From a virus: DNA of 55,877 nt. Below are positions 1 to 8,881 of the stretch, in pieces (within the stretch, counting starts at the first letter, position 1; each line of letters begins with the position of its first letter). Made by a program: the position numbers and the translations under genes. Below the pieces are notes generated by a model. That model made no database searches. It was not told the origin of the DNA and saw nothing but the letters and a program-made list of their open reading frames with translations. The DNA is taken from the IMG/VR virus record IMGVR_UViG_3300045988_101944. One strand, 5' to 3'.

Positions 1-99
1 ATTTTTTTTATGTTTTTATAAGTAACGCTTTTCTTCCTATTTAAATTGGTATTCGACCTTTCAGTTTCAAGCTGTTCTTTTAAACTTTTGATAGTATTG
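1..99. repeat. 99-bp terminal direct repeat (identical copy at 55779..55877); signature of a circular or circularly permuted assembly
   Basis: Base-by-base comparison of the first 99 nt and the last 99 nt of the window shows identity. Confidence 0.95.
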
Positions 100-1247
100 T
101 TAATTTCTTTTATGCTTAATAATACATCATCGTTTCCGTCAGCATACAAATTAAAAAATCTTTTTCTGCGGTTTTCTTCTTTTTTTATCTGCGACTGTAA
201 AATTTCAATTTTACTTTGTTTTGCAACTGGCTTTTCTGATGACAAATTCAATGATATTTTAATTATTTCTTCTTCAACTTGCTTTTCAATATCAACAGCC
301 CATTCAAGAGTGTTATCGCAATTGGCATCATAGTTAGGAAGATACGACATTGATTTATCTCTTGAACAGCAGTATATTTTATGCTTTCCATGTGTCCATT
401 TTTGATACCGCATAGAACAACCACAAACACCACAATAACATAATCCGGTAAGTAGATTTGGCTCTTTATTTATACAAGTAGTTTTCTTTTTTCTTCGGTT
501 TTTCCTAACTTCCTGTGCTAAATTAAATTTATCAATTTCAAAAATCGGTTCATGTTTACCTTTGTAGATTTTACCTTTATAGAGTATATATCCTATATTG
601 ACTGGACTTATAAGTAGACTTCGCACAACCATTTCACTTTTAAAACCTAGCATGTCACGAATTTTGTTATCTGAATAACCTTGTAAAAACAGGTCTATTG
701 CTTCATTAGCTTGTTTTTTTCTTTCCGGTATCGGCACAAGCGTTCCTGTCTCTTTACTATAAGAATAGCAATAAGGAGTATTACCGCCACCCGGCCAGTA
801 GCCTTCTTTTATTCTTTCCAACATGCCGCCGCGCATACGGAGCAACATAGTGTTTCTGTCATACTCCGCTACTGCTGCCATTATTTGAGTTTGAAATTTA
901 TCCTGTGGCGTTTTATATTTTGCAAAATCATGTACGCTTAACACTTCTACGTTTCTAGGCACGAATATTTTTTCAATCATATTTAAAGCATCAACACTAT
1001 CTCTCGCAAGTCTATCAAGCTTATAGATAACGACTTTATCTATCTTCTTTAAATCAGAAATAAGTTCTTGTAATGCAACTCTTTTGCTCATCTCCATACC
1101 AGTCAGACCTGCATCAATATACCAGTGAGATATTATCATGTTATTTTTTTGACAATACTCTTTGATGTCTCTTTGCTGACTTTCAAGCCCGTAGCCTTCT
1201 TCAACCTGTTTTTCTGTTGATACTCTTATATACGCAACACATTCCAT
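1..1247 (-). CDS. Large serine recombinase (integrase), N-terminal 415 codons. The ORF runs off the window start and continues at 55664..55877 (453 aa in total on the circle).
   Basis: Own translation from the ATG at 1247: MECVAYIRVSTEKQVEEGYGLESQ (resolvase catalytic-Ser region), YKLDRLARD, a recombinase domain and a Cys-rich LCYCGVCG zinc ribbon. It is absent from the ORF track because it is open at the window edge. Confidence 0.85.
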   Translation of the reverse strand, partial: MECVAYIRVSTEKQVEEGYGLESQQRDIKEYCQKNNMIISHWYIDAGLTGMEMSKRVALQELISDLKKIDKVVIYKLDRLARDSVDALNMIEKIFVPRNVEVLSVHDFAKYKTPQDKFQTQIMAAVAEYDRNTMLLRMRGGMLERIKEGYWPGGGNTPYCYSYSKETGTLVPIPERKKQANEAIDLFLQGYSDNKIRDMLGFKSEMVVRSLLISPVNIGYILYKGKIYKGKHEPIFEIDKFNLAQEVRKNRRKKKTTCINKEPNLLTGLCYCGVCGCSMRYQKWTHGKHKIYCCSRDKSMSYLPNYDANCDNTLEWAVDIEKQVEEEIIKISLNLSSEKPVAKQSKIEILQSQIKKEENRRKRFFNLYADGNDDVLLSIKEINNTIKSLKEQLETERSNTNLNRKKSVTYKNIKK

Positions 1248-1404
1248 CTTAAATCCCCCTTTATATAAAAAGAATGTGCCGTGTTTATCGTACTTTACGA
1301 CACATTCTAACCTCTTTTTGCTATAATGTCAATCAAGGCATGATGATATGACTTTCACAACATCAGCAGAAAGTTTTATATCTTCTGCTTTTACTTCTTT
1401 ACCA

Positions 1405-1629
1405 TCAACAGTTATCTTTACCATTTAAACCCTCCAATTTGCCAATCTTGTTTTTAATTTTTATTACTTTTCTATTAACAGTACGCTCACATATCATTAT
1501 ATGTTCAGCAATTTCGATTATGCTTTTTCCTCTTGAAAGTAATTTGAATATATCTTCTTCTTCCTCTGTGAAGTTGGCGTATTTTAAAATAAAATCAAGC
1601 TCCGGCTTAGTCAGTTCTGAAAACTTCAT
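1405..1629 (-). CDS. Small sigma-70 region-4 / LuxR-type HTH protein
   Basis: 74 aa. The segment LSRGKSIIEIAEHIMICERTVNRKVIKIKNKI resembles a region-4 HTH. Confidence 0.5.
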   Translation of the reverse strand: MKFSELTKPELDFILKYANFTEEEEDIFKLLSRGKSIIEIAEHIMICERTVNRKVIKIKNKIGKLEGLNGKDNC

Positions 1630-1641
1630 AAGCCATTTCTC

Positions 1642-1836
1642 CTATATCTCTATTTTCGGTACTGCATCAAGTAAACAATCTTTACATAACTGTTCTCCGT
1701 CATATCCATACAGTTCTTCCACATCTTCACCGCAACAATCGCATATAAGGTGAGGTATATTGTGTTTCGGGCAACTATCACCAAGACAACCTATTTCACT
1801 GGGGCAGTCAACACATTCACTTTTGAATTTTATCAT
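1642..1836 (-). CDS. Cys-rich small protein (zinc-binding likely)
   Basis: 64 aa with 10 Cys, including CVDCP, CLGDSC, CDCC and CKDC. Confidence 0.5.
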   Translation of the reverse strand: MIKFKSECVDCPSEIGCLGDSCPKHNIPHLICDCCGEDVEELYGYDGEQLCKDCLLDAVPKIEI

Positions 1837-2521
1837 CTTGCTTACCTCCCCTGAATATTAAATTATTGTCTTTTTTCCAATGTTCAGTAGCTTTAATTCG
1901 TGGTAAATTGTTTGTAACTTTTGCGGCACATTTAATACATTTTTTACCTTCTCTGTCAAGTGGCTTCCCACAGCAATAACAAAGTCCGTAAGTCGTTCTT
2001 TCACTTCTTGTTATTCCTACCTTTTTTTGTTTTTTGCGTATTTCTCTGCCTTTTATGCGTCTTTTCTCAAGACATTCTTCACAATGTATATGTCCCTCTG
2101 CACGCTCTCTTATTTTGCACATAATGCAAAGATTTTGTTCATCACAACGTTGTCTTGCTTTTTGATAAACTTGTTTATTATACGCTTCTTTGCTGCCAGC
2201 TGTTTTTATTGCGCATTTAGCATTTATTTTTTCGGCATACGCTAAACACTCAGGGCAAGTTTTTTCACTGCTAAACAATTTGTTTTTGCCGCATTTCGGA
2301 CATAGCCCCAGCGTTTTGAAAAACGCTCTATCTTCTCGATATTTATTCTTCTTTTTTTCGGCACATTCCTTGCATAGAGTTTTGTTTGCCATTGCAGGTT
2401 TACCACAATTAGTACATAATCCATGCTCTTTTCTTTGACGATAACGCTCTTTATACCATTTCTTTTTGTTTTCACTATACATAATTTTTTTAGGAGCAAA
2501 ACCGGTTTTTACTGTGCACAA
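1817..2521 (-). CDS. Protein with four tandem CxxC...CxxC zinc-ribbon modules separated by basic linkers
   Basis: 234 aa. The four modules are CTNC..CKEC, CPKC..CPEC, CIMC..CEEC and CYCC..CIKC. Confidence 0.6.
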   Translation of the reverse strand: MCTVKTGFAPKKIMYSENKKKWYKERYRQRKEHGLCTNCGKPAMANKTLCKECAEKKKNKYREDRAFFKTLGLCPKCGKNKLFSSEKTCPECLAYAEKINAKCAIKTAGSKEAYNKQVYQKARQRCDEQNLCIMCKIRERAEGHIHCEECLEKRRIKGREIRKKQKKVGITRSERTTYGLCYCCGKPLDREGKKCIKCAAKVTNNLPRIKATEHWKKDNNLIFRGGKQDDKIQK

Positions 2522-2548
2522 AACTCTTACTCCTTTCTTAGTTTTAGC

Positions 2549-2689
2549 TTAATCTACAATCTCATACTTATCTTCGTGAAATTCTCTATCATCTTCATTA
2601 GAATAGGCTCTTTTACAATTTGTACAAAATTCTAAACATATCTCTATATCTGTGCTGTTCTCATATTTACATCCTTTGCAATCATTCAT
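2549..2689 (-). CDS. Small zinc-ribbon ORF (46 aa)
   Basis: Own translation MNDCKGCKYENSTDIEICLEFCTNCKRAY...; it fills the gap between track ORFs. It is below the track size cut-off. Confidence 0.35.
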   Translation of the reverse strand: MNDCKGCKYENSTDIEICLEFCTNCKRAYSNEDDREFHEDKYEIVD

Positions 2690-2696
2690 TGTATAA

Positions 2697-2894
2697 TTAC
2701 CTCGCTAAATCCTTATTTTTTAACTGCTCCATTATTCCTATGTTATAGAAATCATCAACAGCCTCGCTATAAGCCCTTTGACATGTAGGACAATATTTGG
2801 AATGTAACCTTTCAGCAACAGTTCCATCCCGAAAATCTCTACCACAATTTTTGCATTCTGCTACAACTATTGTATTTCTACTCATTCTTGCCAC
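2697..2894 (-). CDS. Zinc-ribbon protein
   Basis: 65 aa with CKNC...CPTC. Confidence 0.5.
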   Translation of the reverse strand: MARMSRNTIVVAECKNCGRDFRDGTVAERLHSKYCPTCQRAYSEAVDDFYNIGIMEQLKNKDLAR

Positions 2895-3165
2895 CTGCCT
2901 TTACTATTTCGATTGCTAAATTCATTGCTTTTTCTTTTGCTATGAATCGTTTAACAAGTTCATCATTAGTAGCTGTCATAAGCTGTGCAGTTGAGTAGCC
3001 ATCCCTTGCCGTTTTCAACTGCTCCACAACCTTATCCACATCATAAGCTATTGGCTGATTTTCAATCATGTCTTTAAAAATGTTTGTATTCTCCGCCATC
3101 GGTATTTCTTCTAAAAGTGTTGTTATCAATTCATCTGTATCAATCAGTCCCATTGTTTTCCTCAC
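2878..3165 (-). CDS. Hypothetical early protein
   Basis: Track ORF packed in the same-strand operon. No motif recognised. Confidence 0.5.
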   Translation of the reverse strand: MRKTMGLIDTDELITTLLEEIPMAENTNIFKDMIENQPIAYDVDKVVEQLKTARDGYSTAQLMTATNDELVKRFIAKEKAMNLAIEIVKAGGKNE

Positions 3166-3451
3166 TTTCTTCTGACCAGTCTAATTTCTGACCGCAATGG
3201 TAACACCATTTTGCAATACCTGTTCCCGTGAATTTCAAATTACAAATCGGACAACAATATGTATTAACATACCTAATCACTTGTTTTTCACTCTTAATAG
3301 GCTTCTTTGGAATCTGCTTTTCAAGTGCTTTGATTGCTAATGTAATAGCTTCATAATTATCTTCCGCAAACTTAATTTCATTTTGCTTATCTTCTAATTT
3401 CATAAACAATCTAAGATTTTTTAATCCGTCTATTGCTTTACTAGGCTTCAT
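3140..3451 (-). CDS. Hypothetical protein with a C-terminal zinc ribbon
   Basis: Start moved to the internal ATG at 3451, which follows GGAGAGAGGAAGTGAG and avoids overlap with 3474..3851. Contains CCPIC...CYHC. Confidence 0.5.
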   Translation of the reverse strand: MKPSKAIDGLKNLRLFMKLEDKQNEIKFAEDNYEAITLAIKALEKQIPKKPIKSEKQVIRYVNTYCCPICNLKFTGTGIAKWCYHCGQKLDWSEESEENNGTD

Positions 3452-3473
3452 CTTATATCTCACTTCCTCTCTC

Positions 3474-3851
3474 CTATTCCGCTTCTGATTGAAGCCAATC
3501 TTTCCAACATTTAGAACATTCTGTTTTTTCGCAACAGCAATCACACGGAACATCTGCATACTGTGATGAAATGCCATCTTCTCCGACAATATCTAAAAAC
3601 TCCGCTAACTCTTCATCCGACATATTCCTTATTATGTCGGCATTGGTGTGGTTAGTTTCATAATTCTGTATGCTTGCCGCTTCTGCAAAAGCTGTGAGCA
3701 TATCAGCAAAGTATTTCAGCATACTATCTCTGTCGATATTATGCTTGTCTGCCATAGTACATATGCTTGCTAATGTGTTAGTTACTATGTTCTGTAAATC
3801 TTTCATTTCTTTGTCTGTGAGATTGCTCTGTTTATCGCTCATCTTCTTCAC
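3474..3851 (-). CDS. Hypothetical protein with a Cys cluster at the C terminus
   Basis: 125 aa track ORF with CDCCCEKTECSKC. Confidence 0.5.
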   Translation of the reverse strand: MKKMSDKQSNLTDKEMKDLQNIVTNTLASICTMADKHNIDRDSMLKYFADMLTAFAEAASIQNYETNHTNADIIRNMSDEELAEFLDIVGEDGISSQYADVPCDCCCEKTECSKCWKDWLQSEAE

Positions 3852-4176
3852 CTCTCAATTCTCTTAGCCTCGCTTCTGTTTTTTCTTTTGTAGAAAAATA
3901 TTTGCAACCGCTCTTGTCAATGTCCTCAATTTCATAAACTGTCAAATCTCTTATAGCTTTACTCATTACTGCCGCATATTTCGGATTGTTCTTATCAACA
4001 ATGTAATATACTTTATCGCAAGGTAGCTTGAGAAGTCTGCCCTGTTCTTCTAAATCTTCATAATATGCTAACTTGTCAATCAATTGCTGATTTTTCGTCC
4101 GTATGCTTACTCTTTCGTAACCATCTTCTGTTTTCATAGTTAATCTCTCCATTACTGCTCCTTTCCTTAAACTCAT
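3832..4176 (-). CDS. Hypothetical early protein
   Basis: 114 aa track ORF with operon packing. Confidence 0.45.
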   Translation of the reverse strand: MSLRKGAVMERLTMKTEDGYERVSIRTKNQQLIDKLAYYEDLEEQGRLLKLPCDKVYYIVDKNNPKYAAVMSKAIRDLTVYEIEDIDKSGCKYFSTKEKTEARLRELRGEEDER

Positions 4177-4829
4177 TATTCAATGCCAAATTCTTTTTTA
4201 TATTTCTCAGGCATAGGAACACTGTTTCTAACTTCCATTTTGCCTGTTTCCTCGTTTTTTTTATCTTCAAGTGATAAGTTTATAGCATGTTTGCTTTTGT
4301 TTGCTATTTGAGCCGATGTGGAGTTTGTATTTACCATTTCTACAAGTTTTCTTATATCATCAGGCATTTTATTCAACTCTGTTGCTCGCTTGACCTCTGT
4401 TCTATATGTCTTTATAAAATTACTGCTCACAACATTTTCATTAAATTCACTATCGCAAGCCCAAATCTTTAATTGCTGTGGTGTCCCGACAGCTTTTTGC
4501 ACTACTGTCGGCAACTTGACAAACTCTTGTTCTGAATTGTAGCCACAATTTCTTAACGCTTTTCTGACTATCGACCACGCTTCCAGCTCGTTCAGCTCAG
4601 ACGGTTGTGTCAAAGTCTGTAATATTTCTATAAGTTGCCCTGGTGCAGGTGCAAAACCACTTGTATTCGTAGTCATGTATGCTTTAAATGCCGCCATGAC
4701 AACATTATTATCATACTCGCTTAAACACATGAGCCATGCATTTACTGCCGCTTCTCTGCTGGGCGGATTGTAGTTAGGATATACAGCCTGTGTCATGGCA
4801 AGTAATTGTCTTACTTCTTTTTCTGTCAT
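4176..4829 (-). CDS. Putative helicase loader (G39P-like) replication protein
   Basis: The N-terminal pattern AVYPNYNPPSREAAVNAWLMCLSEYDNNVVMAAFKAY...FAPAPGQLIE resembles the loader-of-G40P family. It lies directly downstream of the replisome organiser. Confidence 0.45.
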   Translation of the reverse strand: MTEKEVRQLLAMTQAVYPNYNPPSREAAVNAWLMCLSEYDNNVVMAAFKAYMTTNTSGFAPAPGQLIEILQTLTQPSELNELEAWSIVRKALRNCGYNSEQEFVKLPTVVQKAVGTPQQLKIWACDSEFNENVVSSNFIKTYRTEVKRATELNKMPDDIRKLVEMVNTNSTSAQIANKSKHAINLSLEDKKNEETGKMEVRNSVPMPEKYKKEFGIE

Positions 4830-4832
4830 AAG

Positions 4833-5621
4833 CTACAACCCCCAACCACCTAAAAATTCTTTTGTGCTGTCTTTCTGTTTAATTTGCTGATTAAGATAAC
4901 TTTCAAATTTACTCCCGAACAAAGTATCGGGCCGTAAATACAATTCAAATTTAGTACCTTGCCACTCAGCGGACTTCTTATCAATCACTGTCATGAAATC
5001 CGAAACCGTATAGCCATCAGCAAATCTCGCTGTTATATGCTTTCTAGTGTTTGCTGTGTTACATCTGTAATGTGTACCGCATTTTTCATTCAGATAAGTA
5101 ACAATTTCCTTTATATCTTCTCCTGCGCGGTTCTTTTTATTATTTACAGTATCAGTTTCAGAAACAGTATCAGAAACAGATACAGATGCTTCTATGGGGT
5201 ATCTGACTGGCTCTTTATTACCATTCTTCACACTTTCTGCAACACTTAAAACATAATTTCTAAATTTTTCGCATTTTATGTACTTCGCCGCTGACATAAC
5301 GCCTGTGATAGTTTTTACGGAACTACTCCAATTGTATTTATACCAGTTTAATATCAATATCTCTTTTGTACTTTCATTAAATTTAATAACATTGTGTACT
5401 TTGTCGAATCTTTTTAACAACCTCAGACAAGTATCTTTGCTATATCCTGTATCTTCACTCATACTTTTGTAGCTTATTTCATAGCAACCACATAAATTTG
5501 TCTGCGGATTTGTTAAAAGATACAAATAAAAATACTTATCTTCGGGCGTGAACTCGTCTATTACCTTGTTGTCAGTCCAAAATGATAATCTCACATTTCT
5601 GTAAATTGCCATAATCACCAC
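4833..5621 (-). CDS. Phage replisome organiser (N-terminal organiser domain plus conserved phage C-terminus)
   Basis: N terminus YRNVRLSFWTDNKV...FYLYLLTNPQTNLCGCYEIS. C terminus IVTYLNEKCGTHYR...NTRKHITARF..GYTVSDF..VIDKK..EW. Confidence 0.7.
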   Translation of the reverse strand: MVIMAIYRNVRLSFWTDNKVIDEFTPEDKYFYLYLLTNPQTNLCGCYEISYKSMSEDTGYSKDTCLRLLKRFDKVHNVIKFNESTKEILILNWYKYNWSSSVKTITGVMSAAKYIKCEKFRNYVLSVAESVKNGNKEPVRYPIEASVSVSDTVSETDTVNNKKNRAGEDIKEIVTYLNEKCGTHYRCNTANTRKHITARFADGYTVSDFMTVIDKKSAEWQGTKFELYLRPDTLFGSKFESYLNQQIKQKDSTKEFLGGWGL

Positions 5622-5758
5622 TTCCTTTTTCTCTTATGTTTCTTCTCCTGTAAATAAATGCCGTACTTTTTCGGAGATGTATATTTTGTCAAATCTACAT
5701 TAGTAGGCATCCTGTTATATTCGCTTTTAATAAGTGTTTCAGGAAATCTCCCTTTCAT

Positions 5759-6166
5759 TCAATCACCCTCTCTATAAATATATTCGTTGCATCTAACCAT
5801 TTCTGTAATAACATTCGCCAAATCAACCCAACTGCAATACTTCTTTATGTCCTGCATATCTTCATCGTAATACTCATATTCAATCAACTTCTGTGAAACA
5901 GCAGTACACATTCCATGTATATAGCAAGGCTTTTTGGTTGGCGAACCGAAACCACCTGTTCCGTATTCGTTTTTCAAGAACGCAACTTTTTCTCTCAAGT
6001 TATGATTTTCAAGGAAATAATCTGCTATGCTTTTCATTCCGCCCGGAATTCCTGTACCACATAAAGCAAGTGCTTTCAAAGGGTTAAACTCTTTCACTTT
6101 GTTCTTATCTTCTAAGAAATCAAATATATCCATCTGTCTGCTACAAGAATAATTGTCAAAATTCAT
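5759..6166 (-). CDS. Hypothetical protein
   Basis: 135 aa track ORF. Confidence 0.5.
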   Translation of the reverse strand: MNFDNYSCSRQMDIFDFLEDKNKVKEFNPLKALALCGTGIPGGMKSIADYFLENHNLREKVAFLKNEYGTGGFGSPTKKPCYIHGMCTAVSQKLIEYEYYDEDMQDIKKYCSWVDLANVITEMVRCNEYIYREGD

Positions 6167-6233
6167 ACTTTTTCTACCAAAAGGAAACCTCGGTTTTATG
6201 TCGCGACAACCTATTCCTTTCTTTGATTTTTAG

Positions 6234-6470
6234 TTAGTGCATACCCATACTTCCAAAATCCTTTAATGGGTAATCGCACTTATGATTATGGGCAAAAACT
6301 TTAACTAAACATCTTCCGTCACTCATTTGAAATTCACAGCCTTTGCAACGAAAAACTAAATCTTTTTCAACTTCTGTCTGTTTACAGTCCATACACCAAT
6401 TTTTAGTAAAAATATCAAGTCCGTGTATCGCTTCTGTTATGTTATCAGCATTTACCTTTGTAAAGCTCAC
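6234..6470 (-). CDS. Cys-rich hypothetical protein
   Basis: 78 aa with CMDC...CKGC. Confidence 0.45.
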   Translation of the reverse strand: MSFTKVNADNITEAIHGLDIFTKNWCMDCKQTEVEKDLVFRCKGCEFQMSDGRCLVKVFAHNHKCDYPLKDFGSMGMH

Positions 6471-6790
6471 TCTGAATCACCTACTTTCAAACAATCACTT
6501 CTAAGCATATCTGCTTTGATTAGCTCATAAATAATATCAAGATATGTCCTGTGGTCTCTATATCTGCAATTTGCGTCTTTATGTATCCTCGGGTCATTAT
6601 CTATCCAATCATTAACATCAAAAATCACATTGCTCACAAAAAGCATTTTCACGCCTCTTGCAACACAAAGGTAATAGCAACCATTCTTACCATATTCGCC
6701 CTTACATTTCTTAAATCCGAATTTTTCAAACTCTTTAGCGTTAACTCTCGGAATTAGCATCATTCTCATCCTCTTTCTTTCTCTCTTCAA
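6467..6790 (-). CDS. Hypothetical protein
   Basis: 107 aa track ORF with a 4-nt overlap with the downstream gene. Confidence 0.45.
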   Translation of the reverse strand: MKRERKRMRMMLIPRVNAKEFEKFGFKKCKGEYGKNGCYYLCVARGVKMLFVSNVIFDVNDWIDNDPRIHKDANCRYRDHRTYLDIIYELIKADMLRSDCLKVGDSE

Positions 6791-6868
6791 ACATTACGCA
6801 CGCTTCATTTTTCGGTTTATCCTTTATCGTGCAAGTAAAGAGATTTTTACAGTTTACACATTCGGGTA

Positions 6869-7330
6869 TCACTTAATCACCTCAAATCTATATCTCTGCT
6901 TTGCATCAGGATATTTCTTTTTGCCAACTTCGCTCATAAACATTTCGAGAGGTCTGTTCCAAATGTGTCCCTCATATTCATACACAACCGACATTTCCTC
7001 TGTTTCTGTATGTCTTGAAATGCCGATAACGGTAACAATCTTACCTAACTTGAAATGCTTATATTTCTCGCCTTTCTGCGGAATAGGTCGGTCAAAATTA
7101 TAATCAACATCTTTCTTAAAATGTCTTGTCAATAATGCAAGGTCACAATTTTCTTCCAGTTCTCCATCAATTACAAAATCCTCACCCTGTTCAATGTGGA
7201 GCTGATGAATAGCATAACTTTCAACCATCGTTGTTATTTCATCAAGAAGGGCAGATTCAAATTCCCAATCTTCATACGGGTACTTGTCATTGTCTACAAA
7301 ATAGCCACTAAATCTAAATATCCTTGCCAT
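6869..7330 (-). CDS. DUF1653-like domain protein
   Basis: The C-terminal segment KYKHFKLGKIVTVIGISRHTETEEMSVVYEYEGHIWNRPLEMF matches my recollection of the DUF1653 pattern. Confidence 0.5.
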   Translation of the reverse strand: MARIFRFSGYFVDNDKYPYEDWEFESALLDEITTMVESYAIHQLHIEQGEDFVIDGELEENCDLALLTRHFKKDVDYNFDRPIPQKGEKYKHFKLGKIVTVIGISRHTETEEMSVVYEYEGHIWNRPLEMFMSEVGKKKYPDAKQRYRFEVIK

Positions 7331-7332
7331 GT

Positions 7333-7518
7333 TTATTCCTCGCTTTCTTCAATACAAAAATTCCAAAACCACCGAAATGCTTTAAGAATTTGTTCTTTAG
7401 TCGTTCCATTGTGTGTTGGCATTTCTAAGAACATTTGTAACGCTTCAAGTTTCTCATCTTCTGAATATTTTTCAGAATTTATGTTATGAACTATTGCACA
7501 AGCAACTCCTATTTTCAT
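7333..7518 (-). CDS. Hypothetical protein
   Basis: 61 aa track ORF, tightly packed. Confidence 0.4.
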   Translation of the reverse strand: MKIGVACAIVHNINSEKYSEDEKLEALQMFLEMPTHNGTTKEQILKAFRWFWNFCIEESEE

Positions 7519-7947
7519 TTAATTTCCCTCGCTTTCTAATAACTCTGGATTGTCAAATATGTTGCCGATAACTTCACACTGTCTCTCATTAACCCAAAAA
7601 TACAAATCTTTTCGCCATATAGTATCTTTAATCCACTTAATTCTCCATTCTGCCTTATCCCAAACAACAATAGCTTTTCCACATTGAGTATTGACAATAT
7701 TCTTCTCCCAAATCAGCCTACCGTTTTTGTCTTTCAAGCCTGTGCATTGGCAGATGGTATTCGGTCGCACTTCAAAAATTCCATTTTCCTCTGTAAAATC
7801 CTCAAAGCAATCATATTCTGCTTTATCCGGGCATAAAATGTATGGAATACTTTGACCTAATCTAAAGAACACATTTGTAATTAGATTGCCAATTACCCAT
7901 TCTCCGTTATCAATTCTTTTTGCCTTAAATAAATATCTATCTTCCAT
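7519..7947 (-). CDS. YopX family protein
   Basis: Contains FKAKRIDNGEWVIGNL and TICQCTGLKDKNGRLIWEKNIV, which are typical YopX motifs. Confidence 0.75.
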   Translation of the reverse strand: MEDRYLFKAKRIDNGEWVIGNLITNVFFRLGQSIPYILCPDKAEYDCFEDFTEENGIFEVRPNTICQCTGLKDKNGRLIWEKNIVNTQCGKAIVVWDKAEWRIKWIKDTIWRKDLYFWVNERQCEVIGNIFDNPELLESEGN

Positions 7948-7951
7948 AAAA

Positions 7952-8134
7952 TCACCTCACCATCAAAACTATATTTCCCTTATAGCTGTCTTTATACCTG
8001 TGCGCCCTTGCGTACACTTCCTGTATTTTCCTGCTGCCATATTCGTTTTTATCTTTGAGATACTCCCCAGTGCGTATATCACGCACTGAAATCTTAGTAT
8101 CTACCACAAGTAGCTTAAATTCGTCTACTGTCAT
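7952..8134 (-). CDS. Hypothetical protein
   Basis: 60 aa track ORF. Confidence 0.4.
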   Translation of the reverse strand: MTVDEFKLLVVDTKISVRDIRTGEYLKDKNEYGSRKIQEVYARAHRYKDSYKGNIVLMVR

Positions 8135-8143
8135 GTTCTCACC

Positions 8144-8881
8144 TCACTCTAAATTCAAATAACACATTATGCCGCAGTCAGGAAAAATTTCAGTGTTCAT
8201 ATTCCCTCGTTTCGGGTCTAATTCGTCAAGAAATATAGGTTTGCCGTCACTGTCTTTCAGTATTGAATAACCAACTTCTCTTTCCAACTTGGCTCTGCTT
8301 TCAAATACATCGGGAAAATCCTTGCGGATGTTATTCCAGTAGCCCATGCCGCCTTTTCATCCGATGCAGTTATTATTCGGATAACCCAATTCATACATTT
8401 TCGGTCGGGCAAAATCAAAAGTCCTTTCAAACAGTCCGTGAACCTCCTCTTTAGAAAGCTCTCGGTCAATAAGTGGAAATTCATGTTTTGCTTGCGGATT
8501 AGCTTCGATTGTTCTCTCTGCTCGATTTTTCTCTTTCAAATCAAATCCCCACACATAAGTCAAATCACAATCTTTGTGTTGTTCTTCCCACTCTTTACGA
8601 ACTCTCTTTTTTAACCAGTTTGTGCAAGGAGCAAAACCGTTAGCGGGATTTCTAAAACCACCAAACACTCTTACACAATCTTCAACGCTCCTATATTCCT
8701 TACTGCTCAAAACCTGTATTTCTTTCCCGATTGCTTTCTCACAATCTTTAATAAATCTCAAACTATCTGAATGTTGGTCTGATATATCAATGTAAATCCA
8801 TTCGTCTACATTCCCTGCTAAATATCCAGCCATAAAACTTGATATTCCTGCACTTATCCAACATACATTTAATTTTGTCAT
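8144..8881 (-). CDS. PAPS-reductase / N-type ATP-pyrophosphatase-like protein interrupted by a single in-frame TGA (8357-8359)
   Basis: Track ORFs 8357..8881 and 8144..8347 share one frame. The read-through context is YPNNNCIG-TGA-KGGMGYWNNIRKDFP. The N terminus has an SAGISS (SGGxDS-like) loop. Confidence 0.6.

Noticed and set aside
1-99. The 99-bp end duplication as a biological direct terminal repeat of the virion DNA.
   Set aside because: It falls inside the integrase coding sequence and has a length typical of assembler k-mers. An assembly overlap of a circular template is more parsimonious, although read data are needed to exclude a true terminal repeat.
8257-8484. Track ORF 8257..8484 (-) and other short ORFs overlapping the PAPS-reductase-like gene, plus 12383..12571 and 39075..39572 inside larger genes.
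   Set aside because: They are out-of-frame overlaps within longer ORFs that carry recognisable motifs.
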